Assembly: GCF_015852565.1 (NCBI RefSeq)
Contig: NC_136205.1
Location: 3,130,707-3,194,706 of the forward strand
DNA from: Branchiostoma floridae
Taxonomy: Eukaryota
Direction: 5' to 3'
Length of the DNA: 64,000 nt
The translations under genes and the position numbers were made by a program. Below, in pieces: positions 50,510-63,313 of the stretch. Within the stretch, counting starts at the first letter, position 1. Every line of letters begins with the position of its first letter. The notes beneath the pieces are model-generated. The model saw only the letters and a list, made by a program, of their open reading frames with translations, searched no databases and was not told the origin of the DNA.

Positions 50510-51645
50510 CTGTAGTCAGTTGTTTTGGGTTAAATGTAGTGCAGTGTTTTGGGTCTAAAGGTAGTGTAGTGTTTCAGTCTAAAGGCAGTGTGTTTGGTCT
50601 AAAGGCAGTTTTTTTGTCGAAACGGAGTGTTTCAGCTCTGAAGGTACCAGTGTAGTATTTGGGGCCTAAAGGTATTGTTTGGGGTTTAAAGGTAGTATTT
50701 GGCTCTAAAGGCAGTGTTAACGTTTTGGGTCTAAAGGCAGTGTGTTTGGTTTAAAGGGATCGTTTTAGCTCTAAAGGCAGAGCGTTTAAGCTCTAAGGAT
50801 AATGTAGTGATCTTTGTTGTAAAGGCAGAGTTTTGGGTCTATATAAAGTATTTTGGGCCTTAAGGCAGAGTTTTGGGTCTAAAGAGAGTGTTTAGTTCTA
50901 AGGGTAGTGTAGTATTTTTGGTCTAATGACAGAGTTTTGGCTCTAAAGGTAGTATAGTGTTTTGGCTCTAAAGGAAGTGTTTTGGCTCGAAAAGTAGTGT
51001 TTTTGGTTCTAAAGGCAGAGTTTTGGCCCTAAAGGTAGTGCAGTGTTATGGATATAAAACTGTATTTTGCCTCTAAAAGTAGGGTAGTGCTTTGGGTCTA
51101 AAGGAAGAGTAGTGTTTAGGGTCTAAAGATAGTGTAGTGTTTTGGGTATAAAGGTAACGTTTTGGGCCTAACGGAAGGGGAGTGCTTTGGCTTTAAAGGT
51201 AGCATTATGGTTTTAAAGTTAGTGTATTGTTTTGGGTCTAAAGGTAGTGTTTGTGGTCTATTGGTAGTGTTGTGTTGGGAGTCTAAAGGCAATGTAGTGT
51301 TTCGGCTAGAAAGGTAGTGTTTTGGGTCAAAATGTAGTGTAGTGTTCTGGTTCTAAAGGTAGTGTTTTGGGTCAAAATGTAGTGTATTGTTTTGGGTCTA
51401 AACGTAATGTTGTGTTGGAGGTCTAAAAGCGTTTTTTTAGGTTCCGAAGGTAGTGTTTTTTGTCTAAAGACAGTATAGCGTTTTGGGTCTAAAGGTAGTG
51501 TAGTGTTGTTGTTTTTTTCGTCTAAAGGTAGTGCAGTGCCTTTGGTCTAAGCGTAGTGTACTAGTGTTAGGGGTGTAAAGGTAATGTAGTGATTTTGGAT
51601 CTAATGGTAGTTTTTGGGGTCTAAAAGAGAGGAAGTGTTTAGGGC
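50510..51645. repeat. Minisatellite of about 1.1 kb with a degenerate 26-38 bp unit, consensus ggtctaaaggtagtgtagtgttttg, in roughly 35 copies.
   Basis: The motif repeats directly, with variants ctaaaggcagtg and ctaaaggtagtgt. Confidence 0.85.
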
Positions 51646-51981
51646 CAGGAATGATTTTATGTATGTTGTTGAGATTAGATATAAATACAGGTATATACAT
51701 GTATTTTCTGTTCAGTATCAGCTGAAGGAAGCTAATTCAACGGAGAAATGTGTGTATCGTTCCCTTGCAAGATGTTTTTTGCGTCTGAAATAATCATGTA
51801 AAGTTATGTTGCAGTGATAAGATATTTTATGTAAGAGTTTAAAAAGAATAATGTTATAAAGGAAACAAATATGACATCATGTGGTGTACTTGTTCTTTGG
51901 CTGTCGTGGCCAATGCAGTTAATAAATTGTAAATGTACAACAGTTATGGATCAAGCCCCATTATTTGCAAGAAAGAAGCTT

Positions 51982-52049
<68 letters not shown>

Positions 52050-52056
52050 CGTGTGC
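51982..52056. repeat. Compound (TA)n(GT)n microsatellite.
   Basis: The sequence reads tatatatatatatatatgtgtgtgtgtgtg... Confidence 0.95.
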
Positions 52057-52325
52057 CTATGTGCATACAAACCAATTTTTCATACATGATAACTCACACG
52101 TTCTCATAATCTTGTCTAAGTGTATCAAAGACATAATCATAATGTATATAGGAGGAATTCCGCGGACCAAGAGATAGTTTTAGACTTCGGTCCGTGTATG
52201 GAGGAGTTTCATCTGTCAAATCTCTTAACGCCAAATAACCTAATAAACTTCAAAAAGATTAGGGCCGACCAGGCGTGCTTTGCCAATTTATAACTGTTGA
52301 CGCCCATGTTATATGATGATAAAAA

Positions 52326-52528
<203 letters not shown>

Positions 52529-55500
52529 AAGGAGGTTTATTCAATCATTCATTCACATTTATTGTACCAAACGCATAACACAATTAAAAGAGATTATTAC
52601 TAAACAAATAGGAATGTCTTGAACACAGGAATAGTCTTCTGACTCCATAGCCACAGCAAAACACGTTACCTAGGTGATTTATGACATTAAAACACTACCG
52701 CCCAAATCATTGTCCTTCAATTTTTTTGAATTGAATTTCAGTCCAATTCTCCTTGCGCTTTCTCTTGTCTCGTTCCCCAAAATCACATCACGAAATGTGA
52801 TTTCGGGCATTCTAAAGGCCACATATTTCTCTCCTAGAAACACACTGTGCCCAAGGAGTTAGCAGGTCATTTTTTTAAAGAAATCTATGTAGTCTGGTAG
52901 GGAACAGATCTGTAATCTTGTTCTAGTTCTTGTTCATGTACTGAATGACACCCCTTTTTTTTTGGGGGGGGGGGGGGGCAAACCATCCAGGGTGTAGTGC
53001 TGCTGTTTATTGACCGTTCCTCAGGTGTTGCAACACCTCTTCCTTAAACTTAACGGGATTAGCTTGAAGTAATGCTATTTGTGAAACGTTTGTAGTAGCT
53101 TCAACAGAATACGTGCACACTACAATATGGCGCTTGAACTATACCAAATACGAAGACGTCAGGTTTTGTCCACCCATGTATAAATTGCATTTCCAGCATA
53201 TCATCCGGTTTCTCTGAACTGAAATACGAGGCTAAAACGCAGCTCTATGTAATTACTAATAGACATTTTCTAACGCATACTGAAAGACCTTTATCAGACT
53301 TAGAAGTGGCACTCTCTAGTTTACAAACTTATATTGGCACCACCACTATACATTTATAGAAAAGAAATAAACGTTAAACATACGCTAGATTACCAACTTG
53401 TAACGGAACCATGATGACATGATGACCATGCTTGTAAAAAAAATGTGATGAACTTCTTGATGTGATGAAGCAAATAATCATACAATATTCAACGTTAAAT
53501 CGAGACGTTATATCAAGCACACTATTTAACGTCCTTGGTTATATACATGTACATAAACATCCCATTCGGCATCAAGCTCAAATATCAAAGAGAGAACTAA
53601 TGCATCAATAGCCAGTTTCGCGGGTCATACTTATTTATCGGAAAGGTGGGAGGCCCATCCCGATGTAAGTGTATCAAAGCACATAGTCCGATTGTATGCA
53701 TCTTGTATCATTAGTTACTGTAAAATGGTGCGTAAGCAGTTGACGTATAGCCACCCATCGTGTTTTTCATCATCAAAAGGCTCTCTTTGATGTTCAATTG
53801 ACAGTAAAAAGCTGCCCACAGCCAATATCAACGTACGGCGGTACACAAAGCCCGACAGGGTCTCCAATCTTCGGTAAGGTTTTGAAATCATAGTACTGTA
53901 GCGGATATATGCCCGCACATGATAAGTACCATAATGAACATAACCTTGTTGAAAATAAGTGACTACGTGTCGCAAATTAGTAAAGCCCAACAGATGACAT
54001 GTCAACGACCGCAGCTTTGAAACACATCGCATATTCAACAAGTGCTTCACAAACAAAATCTTTCATTTGAACCTCTTTAATTTTCTTTCGCAAAAAATAC
54101 TATATATCAGGGTAAATGTGTTTGTAACTCTGCAAAATCTTTACAGCCTAAGTCGACAAGTCATGACAGGATGTTTATGATATAACATATGTTGGTGTTG
54201 GCAAAAATGAAGAGAGGGTTAGGTTCTAGTGTCCCTGGTGGCTTTCCTAGGTACTGCAACAGACAGACGAGTTCCAGTACATGTTTGGTGCGCCATATGC
54301 ATGTTATCAAGCCCCAAACAAAGACTTTTACAAGTCAGATGAGAAAGTTAGATTTTATACCGGTCTGCGGATGGCACTTGAAGACAGAATGAAAATGTCA
54401 AGACTGGTGGACGTGCCGACTAATAAGTATCTAAAAAGAACGAAATGTGATAAAAAAGAATGAAAAGCGGATAGACCAGGCAATTCATATTTAGAAAATT
54501 GCTTTTCGTCCGTAATCATAACTGAATAGAGGGTCATCAGGACCTTGATGAACTCATTATTTGAAACTGCTTTGATGTAAAACTTCGTTATTCAGACGTG
54601 ATTTGACATCTGTATTGCCCATGTCATGACAGTAAATATAGTACACATGCAAGACATGTAGCATATTGGATTATAATTCACTACCTCTGCCAACGGGGGG
54701 GGGGGTATATTTCACTCTATGTACCGTGAGGAGGGAAAGGCATATTTGATCCGTGTTTTTGGCGACGCCTCAGGGGTGTGTTGTTGTTCTCTGTCTCATA
54801 ACGCTTGCGTTTTGTTTTTAGCCTGATGACCCTGTTAGATGGAAATGGAGAAATATGTTCTTTAACAAGCAAACGTTTTAGAAGGAGTTTGTTGTTTTTA
54901 TTCTTACTTTCTGTCACAAAATGGATCTCTAAGTGATTAAGTGTTGCCAAAATTACAACAGGTCTGCAGTGGATGACACTTGAGAGCAGAAGGAAGATGC
55001 CAAGACTTTGCATTGACTATCAATAAGTGTACCCCTCTAGTGCCTACGTGCTGGTATGTCAGGTTGCTTGCGTACTTGTGTATTCTTCGCTTTTTTTTTA
55101 AACACTGTCAGGACATTGGCAGGATGCGAGTTGGAAGGTAGTGAAACCACAAATGTCAGTCTTATGAGAGTGACAGAAAATAAAGGTCAAAGATGGTAGA
55201 ACTAGACATTCTTAGGGCTTGAAGAATACAATGCCATCTGAGTGAACTGGTGAATACAAGGTGAATTTATACAAAGTATGTAAACTGATATTTTCATTTT
55301 TTGCTTCAAACACTGAATCTCAGTTGGCTTTAGGCGGCCCAGGCCTGGAATAAAGTAGTATTCTAAAGATGTGATCGTAACTTTTGATTGCTCGGTCGCA
55401 CTACGATGAAACTTCACACAGTTTTAGTACTACTTTAAACACATTGAATACTAGTGATTTTGTTATTCTACATACCGGATTTTGGGTTAGAAATAAACAT

Positions 55501-56122
55501 TTTGGTTTAAAAAAAGTGGTGTTTATTTCATGAGTCTAGTCCCAGCTGGAAACAAGACTTTCAATTATGATATTCTAAATGATGAAAGCCAACCTTAAAC
55601 TTATCATCTTTATCCAAGGGGATTTTGTTTTAAAGTAGGATTACATTGTTTTTTTGGGGGGGCCGAAAACATCAAAAACGACCTTTTTTTCAATTTTTCG
55701 TCGAAAATGCACCCTGGTTAAAAACATTAAATGATTACACAAAATCCCCTCGGACAATTTTGATAAGAAAGGGATAATAAGTAAAACTTGAGTACTATGA
55801 AGATCGATACTGTTATTTTGAACTGGGACTAAAGCCGTAAATGTCATAACTTGACCGCACAGACACCCACCAAGGATAAATGGTCCTTACGGTGCTTGTT
55901 TACGTTAAAAAGTCGCAGCTTGTTTACGTTAAAAAGTCGCAAATAACCACAGATTCGAACGCGCGTTCGGTTCGAATTACGAAATGGAACATCATGGAAC
56001 ACGTGTTCGAATTCGGCTGGACAAGGGGACACGCGCCCGACCTCGGACACAAATCGAGCGTGCCTGGGCCGCCTTAGCTCATGATATGATTGATTAGACG
56101 CTATCAATAAGTGCACCCCCCT

Positions 56123-56239
56123 CTAGTGCCGAATGATGATGGTGGGTTGTTTGTTGACGTAATCGATCTCGCGAGACAGCTGCGCGAGAACACAGCAGGA
56201 GCACCACCAGGAGGAGCAGACGTCGTTGCACAGGTCGCC
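56123..56239 (-). CDS. PLAC8-family gene A, exon 4 (terminal): GDLCNDVCSSWWCSCCVLAQLSREIDYVNKQPTIIIRH*.
   Basis: The acceptor is ttttccctgcag|GGC. It matches the PLAC8 C-terminal motif (CC..C.LCQ..RE). The TAG stop is at 56123-56125. Confidence 0.7.
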   Translation of the reverse strand, partial: GDLCNDVCSSWWCSCCVLAQLSREIDYVNKQPTIIIRH

Positions 56240-56767
56240 CTGCAGGGAAAATATTCAAAATAAGTTGTGCTGTTTTCTTCATGGCTCTCGGCCAAACGAA
56301 AGGGAGGCATAAAGAGAACACCACAAACTAGAGAAAAAACGCCTCAAAACGCATCAAAATAACAGCCGGAGTCGAACATGTCCTTGTCAATGGAGAGTGA
56401 CAAATGTCATACGTCTAGACACAACTACGAACACACAAGAACACAAACATTCAGACACAGTTCAGTTCAGTTCAGTTCAAGTCATCCTCGGAGAGGTGAC
56501 ACCAGCGTCTCCACATTCAGACACACTGAAACAAAACACAAACAAACCCATCACATAGCCTTCGTAGCAGACTTCGAGCAGGTCTGCTTTATCGTAGGGG
56601 AATTCGAACCTTTCACGAATTTCAACGTTTGCTGGGTAGGTTCTCTCTCGAGAAATTCCCTTCCTCTCTCGAGAAGGGGCAAACTCCTTTCCACGGCAAA
56701 CTCCCTTTCCCGTCATATGAGAACCTAGCCAACGTTAAAAATCGCGAACCAGAAGTATCAAACTTAC

Positions 56768-56907
56768 ATTTATGCTATGTTCTGACCGAAAGCTGGCCCT
56801 CATGGCAGATAGGGCAAAGCAGGAGAGCCAGCCGACACAGCAGTTCTCGTGCATACGTGTGAGGGTGTGACATGTGTAGAAGGGCATACAACAGAATGCT
56901 CCCAAAC
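56768..56907 (-). CDS. PLAC8-family gene A, exon 3 (CLGAFCCMPFYTCHTLTRMHENCCVGWLSCFALSAMRASFRSEHSIN).
   Basis: The acceptor is cacag|GT, with T+GT=Cys, and the donor is AAT|GTAAGTT. This is the Cys-rich core typical of PLAC8/cornifelin (CLCG.FC.PCL.C.....M.E.CC.......A.R...R..Y.I.G). Confidence 0.75.
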
Positions 56908-56939
56908 CTGTGTAAAGAGCGAGAATTAGTCGACGTAAA

Positions 56940-57190
56940 AGTGGTATCTCACTGCACTTGGGGCACCGGTGTGGAGTTACGGGGTTCGTTCACTGCGGCA
57001 TTGTTGTTGTTTTTTCTCCGATTTTTGAAACATTTTAGATATTGCGTAATACGTAAAAGTATGGCTTGAATTACAAGACAAAAAAATACACCAATCTTAA
57101 GAAAATTCGTTCTTTATCTCGTTAACTCGTGGAATAATCTTTCGGACCCCGCAGTGCTGCACCGGTGCCCCAAGTGCAGTGAGATACCAC
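56940..57190. mobile_element. MITE family 4 copy inside a PLAC8-A intron.
   Basis: The element runs ggtatctcactgcacttggggcaccggtg...ggtgccccaagtgcagtgagatacc. Confidence 0.75.
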
Positions 57191-57405
57191 CTTTACGAAA
57201 ACACTTTATACGCATTAGGATATAGAGGTTATGATAGTCAATTTCATAGCTTGCCAAAGTTTTGACAATACCTAAGAAAACTAACTCGAAAATACCTTCA
57301 TTGATCGAACGACGATCGTACGGCTACTGTGACGTGACCCAAAAAAGAACAAAAAGACAGAATTTGTAAAAAGTAACAAAACGTGTGAGAAGAATTCCCA
57401 CTCAC

Positions 57406-57499
57406 AGCTACATGGATCCATGCAGCATGCACACATGTCGCTGCTCCAGTCGCGTCTCTGCGGGCCCACTGTGGTGATTCCAGGCTGCTGGGTGATGAC
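57406..57499 (-). CDS. PLAC8-family gene A, exon 2 (VITQQPGITTVGPQRRDWSSDMCACCMDPCS-), the start of the PLAC8 domain.
   Basis: It matches the PLAC8 N-terminal consensus (VVTQPG...W.tG.CdC..D...C). The acceptor is ttgtccag|GTC and the donor is AGCT|GTGAGT, leaving phase 1. Confidence 0.75.
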
Positions 57500-57835
57500 C
57501 TGGACAACATGACCAAATATGGAGGCATTTGCACTCACGTGACTGTGACGCAAGTATTGTCTGCCATGTTGGATGATTAAATCTGACCATCACCACAGTG
57601 GTGATTCCAGGCTGCTGGGTGATGACCTGGACAACATGACCAAATATGGAGGCATTTGCACTCACGTGACTGTGACGCAAGTATTGTCTGCCATGTTGGA
57701 TGATTAAACCTGGCCATCACCACAGTGGTGATTCCAGGCTGCTGGGTGATGACCTGGGTAATATGACCAAATATGGAGGCATTTGCACTCACGTGACTGT
57801 GACACAAGTATTGTTTGCCATGTTGGATGATTAAA
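57451..57835. repeat. Tandem repeat of about 127 bp in three copies. Each copy includes the exon-2 acceptor and the first ~35 nt of PLAC8-A exon 2, plus intronic sequence.
   Basis: The motif gtggtgattccaggctgctgggtgatgacctgg recurs at 57471, 57578 and 57705. The unit is not a multiple of 3. Confidence 0.8.
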
Positions 57836-58320
57836 CCTGAAAGTTGTCTGGTGCGTAGTTTGTCTGGCCATGTTGATTTGATTATATAGTTGACATCCTC
57901 CCGGAACCCCAAAACTGATGCGAGCGTGGGAATAAAAAAGTTTTGACCAAAATGAATTTAAATGTTACCTTCATTATGAAATCTAAGAGGTCAGGAAGGT
58001 TGAAGAAATAGTGATATAATTGAACAGAATATAGTATACCGAACAACAGATTCTTTATTATTGTTCTTTCACATCTTCTTTGACCGGAATATTCTATGAC
58101 ATTAGTACTATAGTATACGTTTTCCGATATTTGTTTTGCAATACACGACATATATTTGCTTGTTTTGAAACTGCTTTTTACGATTTACACTGTATGGTTG
58201 AAAACTATTTCTTTTTCTTTTTGGAAACGTTTGAAAAAATGATACGGATGTCATCTACGTTATGATCAAACGAATAAGGCATTATATGCAAAAAGGGGAG
58301 TGAAAGCTATACATTACCAC

Positions 58321-58572
58321 TTGTTGTTGCATAGGTGCCAAAGGAATGCCCGAAGCCACAGGGGCAGACGTTATGGGCATGGCCGAGGCCCCAGGGTCCG
58401 GTGCCATGGGCAAGACCGAGGGCACAGGACCAGGTGCCATGGGCATGGCCGAGGTCAAAGGTCCATGTGCCATCATGCCGGGATTCATCGTTGCGTCATA
58501 GCTTGGCGGCGCCGGGTCAAAGGTCATCCCCTTTTCGCCCTGCGTTGGATCAGTTGTCACACCAGTCGCCAT
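58321..58572 (-). CDS. PLAC8-family gene A, exon 1: a Pro/Met/Ala-rich N-terminus (MATGVTTDPTQGEKGMTFDPAPPSYDATMNPGMM...PLAPMQQQ) containing a PPxY motif.
   Basis: The ATG at 58570-58572 has a caaaATGG context. The donor follows CAACAA(GTGGTAATG); the boundary is uncertain by about 3 nt. The paralog's exon 1 ends at the equivalent position (PMQPQ|gtaaaa). Confidence 0.65.
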
Positions 58573-59849
58573 TTTGTATACCTTGAAATCATAAAATGGA
58601 TTCCATATTTATCAATTTCTACATTATAATATAAGACTATTTTGGCTGAATCGTGTATAGAGGTTATAGTTGAAAATATAACATATCGAAGTCACCCCTC
58701 TAACCAACTCAAACCAAAAATTATCATAGTTTGTCATTACAACTTGTTTTAATACCAAATTCTTACAAAAACATGTTCAGTGCTTATGCTAACCCTGATG
58801 GTGACATATTGTACAATAAATGATAACTTCATGCGAATTGAAGTTAATTATGTATGCTATAAGTGTGAATAAAGTCTTGCAGACACCTCGATACGACAAT
58901 TCAGGCCATTTGGTTTAATTATTATTAAAGAGAGCACAGGAGCCAAACATACACAATTGTGGTTTAAGACTAGCAATGGGGTCCCAAGAGGTCTTAATAT
59001 CGATCATAAAAGAAGTGAAACTAAACATACATGTACTAGTATCTTAATCTTAAGCCTTCTATGTCCACCTGGTCTTTTGAAAAGAAAAACAATTAAAAAA
59101 TCTCTAGTTGGCTACCGCAGCCCAGTCCATAATTGTGTGCTATGCTTGCGCTTTAATTGCAAGAAATACATCTGGAAATACTTAAACAGACCATAAGATC
59201 ACAAACAATAAGCACAGTCAACAGTCTAGTGTTTCAACAAAGAAGATACAGAGCCTCTTACCTCGGAAATTGTAGGGCTATATTTTGACGGATCTAAAAC
59301 AGCACCTCTGGACTTTGTACCGCAGTTCGATGAGTCAGGCCAGTGACTAAGAAAACAAACTAAGATAATATTTACATATTACATGGCAACCAAACTTTCT
59401 CCAGTGCTATTTGATATGTAACGTTAATACTCAAACGAGGATATATTCTGTCTTCGCCGAGAAGGTCATTACATTTTCGGTATCATGTATGTGTGTGTAT
59501 CTGTGCGTGTGAAAGAAAATTCACTACATATGCGTAAGTATTTGGATTCGTATGCTCTAAAGCTTGTTTTATTCAATTTCTTCAGAAACACACAGTTGTA
59601 TGTGTTAGTATCATTAACAAATCAAAGGAATGCAAGCTAAGTACAACCATTACCTTAAGATAACAATCACACCATTGTGTCAGAAAGTATTAAGATGTTT
59701 GCAAAAAGTACATCACAACAGCATCTCAAAAACATCATCATATATGGTCTTATACGTTGTCATGGCGACGATTTCTTGAACAGACTATAGAGATTTTGGG
59801 CACAATTTTTTGCTTTTTAGCCTTAATAGCCTAAGTACCATCCTCCGTA

Positions 59850-60640
59850 GTGACCGCTGGCTCAATTCTTTCGCTTGCTAACGTTAGCAATGATTGAGCC
59901 AGCGGCTAACTTTTTAACGGAGATAGGTTCAAATCTGACTGATATGCTTGAGTAAGGATTATTTTATATGTCAAAAAATAAGTTAAAGATTGATTTCAGG
60001 TGTGGAATGACATATTTGAGTAACCAGGTTGAATGATATACTTCAGAGATGGCTTAATTCGTTTTTATTTTTGTTTAATAAGATATCAGTTACACCATTT
60101 TGGTACTTTAACTTACGTATTGAATGAACGAACTACTTTAAGTTTTGTATCCGTTATTGTCACATCTCTTTGTAGTTAGCGCGAAAAGCTATATTTTCAG
60201 GGCTACAAAAATGGGATACAGAATCCTAAAGTGACGATAAAGCTGGTTCCAAAGCCTTTTTAAGGTCGCCGAGATCTTGGATTGTTATCCAGCTATTCAT
60301 GTACTAACGTCAGAAAGGATTGAGCCAGCGGTTAGCTTTTTAACGGAAGTGCTGTGGAAAATTGGCAAGGGCAGATAGGTACAAATCTGACTGATATGCC
60401 TGGGTAAGGATTATTTTATGTGTAAAAGAATACGTTAAGGATTAATTTCAGGTGTGGAAGGACACATTTGAGTGAACCGGTAAGTGTTCTAATTACCTTG
60501 TGAAACGGCATACGTCAGAGAAGGCAACTTAATTCGGTTTTACATTACTGCATGATAAAATATCAGTAACTTGGTTTGGTGCTTGCGTATTGAATGAGCC
60601 AAACTACTGTAGCTCAAAGTGGAATACTCTTCTTTCGCGC
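59850..60640. repeat. Tandem duplication of a unit of about 450-480 bp.
   Basis: The 59850-59990 block is nearly identical to 60305-60480 (gattgagccagcgg.tagctttttaacgga...caaatctgactgatatgc.tg.gtaaggattattttat). A related fragment lies at 63000-63125. Confidence 0.7.
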
Positions 60641-61210
60641 GGCGGACGTGATAGATCGAAACGGAAGCCAATGTGGCAAACAAAAGACTGTCCATCATCA
60701 TTGAATTAGTGCTCAGTTCAACCAATGACAGCATTGCAATTAGGAAATCAACCAGAATGAGGATGGCTACATTTCCGTGGAATATTTGCATTATTATGTT
60801 TTTATTTTACCGAAGGATCAGTCTACGGTACTCTAAATTGCTACATCAGTCGGTGCATATCACTAGTTATAATATTTATTATTTGATATTATATTGTGAT
60901 ACTTTTTTGTGGAATGTTGGAATTTTTTTTTAGAAATAAGTTTGTTTGCCTCATTGACCTCGTTTTCGATCTATCATGGCCGCCGCGCGAGAAAGGTGTA
61001 TTAGACACTGTCAGTGGTCAATCTCCAAGCAGATCCTAATATGGCATAAGATTGTACCAAACTGGCCAAGGAGTGTTGTCAGCCAAGAGGTGTCCATTTG
61101 CCATGTAGCGAAACACACTCCTAAGCCGGCTTCACTCCTCTGGCAGCTTTTAATACTATCTTATGCTACCGTAGTATCTGCTTGGAGATTAGTCAGTGGT
61201 GGTCTCCCCT

Positions 61211-61324
61211 CTACTGGCGCACCATGGCAGGCTGCTCGCTGACGTAATCCATCTCGCGAGACATCTGCGCGAGAGCACACCAGGGGCACCAGATTGAGGT
61301 GCAGGCGTCGGTGCACAGGTCACC
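61211..61324 (-). CDS. PLAC8-family gene B, exon 4 (terminal): GDLCTDACTSIWCPWCALAQMSREMDYVSEQPAMVRQ*.
   Basis: The acceptor is ttttgccctgcag|GGT. The TAG stop is at 61211-61213. Confidence 0.75.
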   Translation of the reverse strand, partial: GDLCTDACTSIWCPWCALAQMSREMDYVSEQPAMVRQ

Positions 61325-61882
61325 CTGCAGGGCAAAAAGTATTTTCCGAAGTAAGTTTCAGTCTATAGCGGCCTAGGAAATGCACATACAATGTTAATTA
61401 AGTTCTACATTATCTACATCTACATATTGCTACTTCTATATATGTATCCCCACCAAAGGTGGGTCAAAATAATGATGACAATATCTGCTGATAATAAAAA
61501 TGAAAATAAATCAACACACAGCACAATAGAAAGTACGGGTTTCATCAGTGAGTAACTACATTAGTGAGTAACTACAGTAACTTGCATGTGTTACGTCTAG
61601 ATCGGGGCCGCATCTAAGAGTTAAAATGGCCATATTTTTCAAGGTTCTCGAACTATGAAAATAGTTACTTACATTCCTTCTATGATTCTTCACATTAAAT
61701 TTCTTGTTGATAATCAGTCACAGAGATACATGTTGATAAAAATTAAACGTAATCAAATCATGACATTTGGGTATAACGCCCTAGGGTATGCCATGAAGAA
61801 AAAATCATGGTGTGCCATGAAATAAACAATCAGAATGCCTTCGTCCAAGGGGTGTCGCCAAAATGCATTTCTGTAAACTCAC

Positions 61883-62040
61883 GTGTATGTTGTGTTGCTC
61901 CCGCATCTTGACCCTCATGCCGAAAATACCATACCCCAAAGGAGGCCATGGCCATCCCATCCAACCGACCCAACAATTCTCGTCCATGCGAGGGAGTAGG
62001 TGGCAGGTGTAGCATTGAGCGCAAAAGAAGGACAACAAAC
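61883..62040 (-). CDS. PLAC8-family gene B, exon 3 (CLLSFFCAQCYTCHLLPRMDENCWVGWMGWPWPPLGYGIFGMRVKMREQHNIH).
   Basis: The acceptor is cacag|GT and the donor is CAC|GTGAGTTTAC. It has a 6-aa insertion relative to gene A. Confidence 0.8.
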
Positions 62041-62284
62041 CTGTGTCAATGAAAAAAATGGGCCCAATGCGCATCAAACACTTAACATTACTTATAGTAT
62101 AGTAATCAGTCTCAATTTATTTGTTTACACAAAGGACTTTGAACTTTGTCTCATGTTTTCAAGACAAGGTTAAAGTTTTAGTCAACTTTCAGTAGCCGCC
62201 ATGCATCAACAAATGATTGCTTCATTCATTACAATTATAAAGTTTGAAAATTCATTTTCAAATTTTCCCGCTGAACTCAAGGAC

Positions 62285-62490
62285 CGTCTGCTCGTCATAA
62301 TACCTCCGTCACATGTAGCGAAAATCGCTCGGACGACGAGTCTGCGAGCTCTAAAGTACGAGGAGGCATGATCCTGACAGGAAGGGGGGAACTCTGCCAT
62401 TTTTTGTCGGCATCAGAGTCATGCCTCCTCGTACTTTAGAGCTCGCAGACTCGTCGTCCGAGCGATTTTCGCCACATGTGACGGGGGTAT
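62285..62490. mobile_element. Foldback/MITE family 1, second copy.
   Basis: The arm cgaaaatcgctcggacgacgagtctgcgagctctaaagtacgaggaggcatg pairs with its reverse complement. Confidence 0.8.
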
Positions 62491-62619
62491 AAGGAGCACG
62501 TCGACTATGTTGAGAAAATTTTGGATTCAGAGCCCGACCGGGTTCACAGTCCCTATGGGCACCGTAGTGTAAGATAACGTTATTTATTAACGTTACAGAT
62601 AAGACTTTATGCTACTCAC

Positions 62620-62719
62620 AGCTGTTGGGGTTGTCGCAGCACGCACCCAGACCGCTGCTCCACTCACGTTTCTGCGGGCCCATAGTGGCCACGTACCCGC
62701 CAGGCTGCTGGGGGATCAC
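62620..62719 (-). CDS. PLAC8-family gene B, exon 2 (VIPQQPGGYVATMGPQKREWSSGLGACCDNPNS-).
   Basis: The acceptor is cttttcccgtcag|GTG and the donor is AGCT|GTGAGTAG. Confidence 0.8.
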
Positions 62720-63313
62720 CTGACGGGAAAAAGTGACAGACCATTTATTTAGTACTGAATTTTACGTATAAAACCGTGCATTGCAAAAACATGGTGCTTA
62801 TTGTATTTATGATGTCATGAGTTAGTTTATCAGCACCATACATGTACAGATTATTCATGAATTTCCTCATAGTAAAAAAAAAGTGAACACCTTCTTGTGA
62901 GAAAAGGGGCCAGCGATGGTGTCAGTCCATTTTTTTACTAATACGAAATTCATGAATCACCTTCTCGTAAACAAAATTTGTCAAGTTTTGTACCCATTAT
63001 TAGCACATCTCTTTGTAGTTAGTACGTGTTTCGAAAAAAAAATCATTTTAGGGCTAAAAATGGGATAAATAACCAATCCTTAAGTTACGATAAAGCTATT
63101 AATAAAGCCTTTTAGGTCGTAGAGACAATAGGTTGTTGTCCACTTTGTATATGGCACGGTATTGGGAGCGGAGTCGAACTCTTTCTTTACCGAAGTCAGG
63201 AACCCATTTTCCACCTGAAAATCGGAACACACACTAAAAAAACAAACTTTTAACATATTTATCCCATTTTACGTCATATATTACATTCAAATTGAGCAGT
63301 AGTGACGTTTTAC

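Noticed and set aside
50510-51645. Possible CRISPR array (regular short direct repeats).
   Set aside because: The context is eukaryotic. The repeat units are degenerate and of variable length with no unique spacers. This is a minisatellite.
57281-57912. Minus-strand ORFs of 78-111 aa running through the 127-bp repeats (MRHSHVSANASIFGH...).
   Set aside because: They are read-through of the triplicated intronic repeat. The unit is not a multiple of 3, and the real exon 2 (57406-57499) is delimited by AG/GT sites and continues into exon 3 in frame.
58300-58629. Plus-strand His/Arg/Gly-rich ORFs at 58300-58629 and 58335-58586, and the plus-strand ORF at 63330-63539.
   Set aside because: They are antisense to exon 1 of the PLAC8 paralogs. 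The minus strand has an ATG with a Kozak context and a donor matching the paralog.
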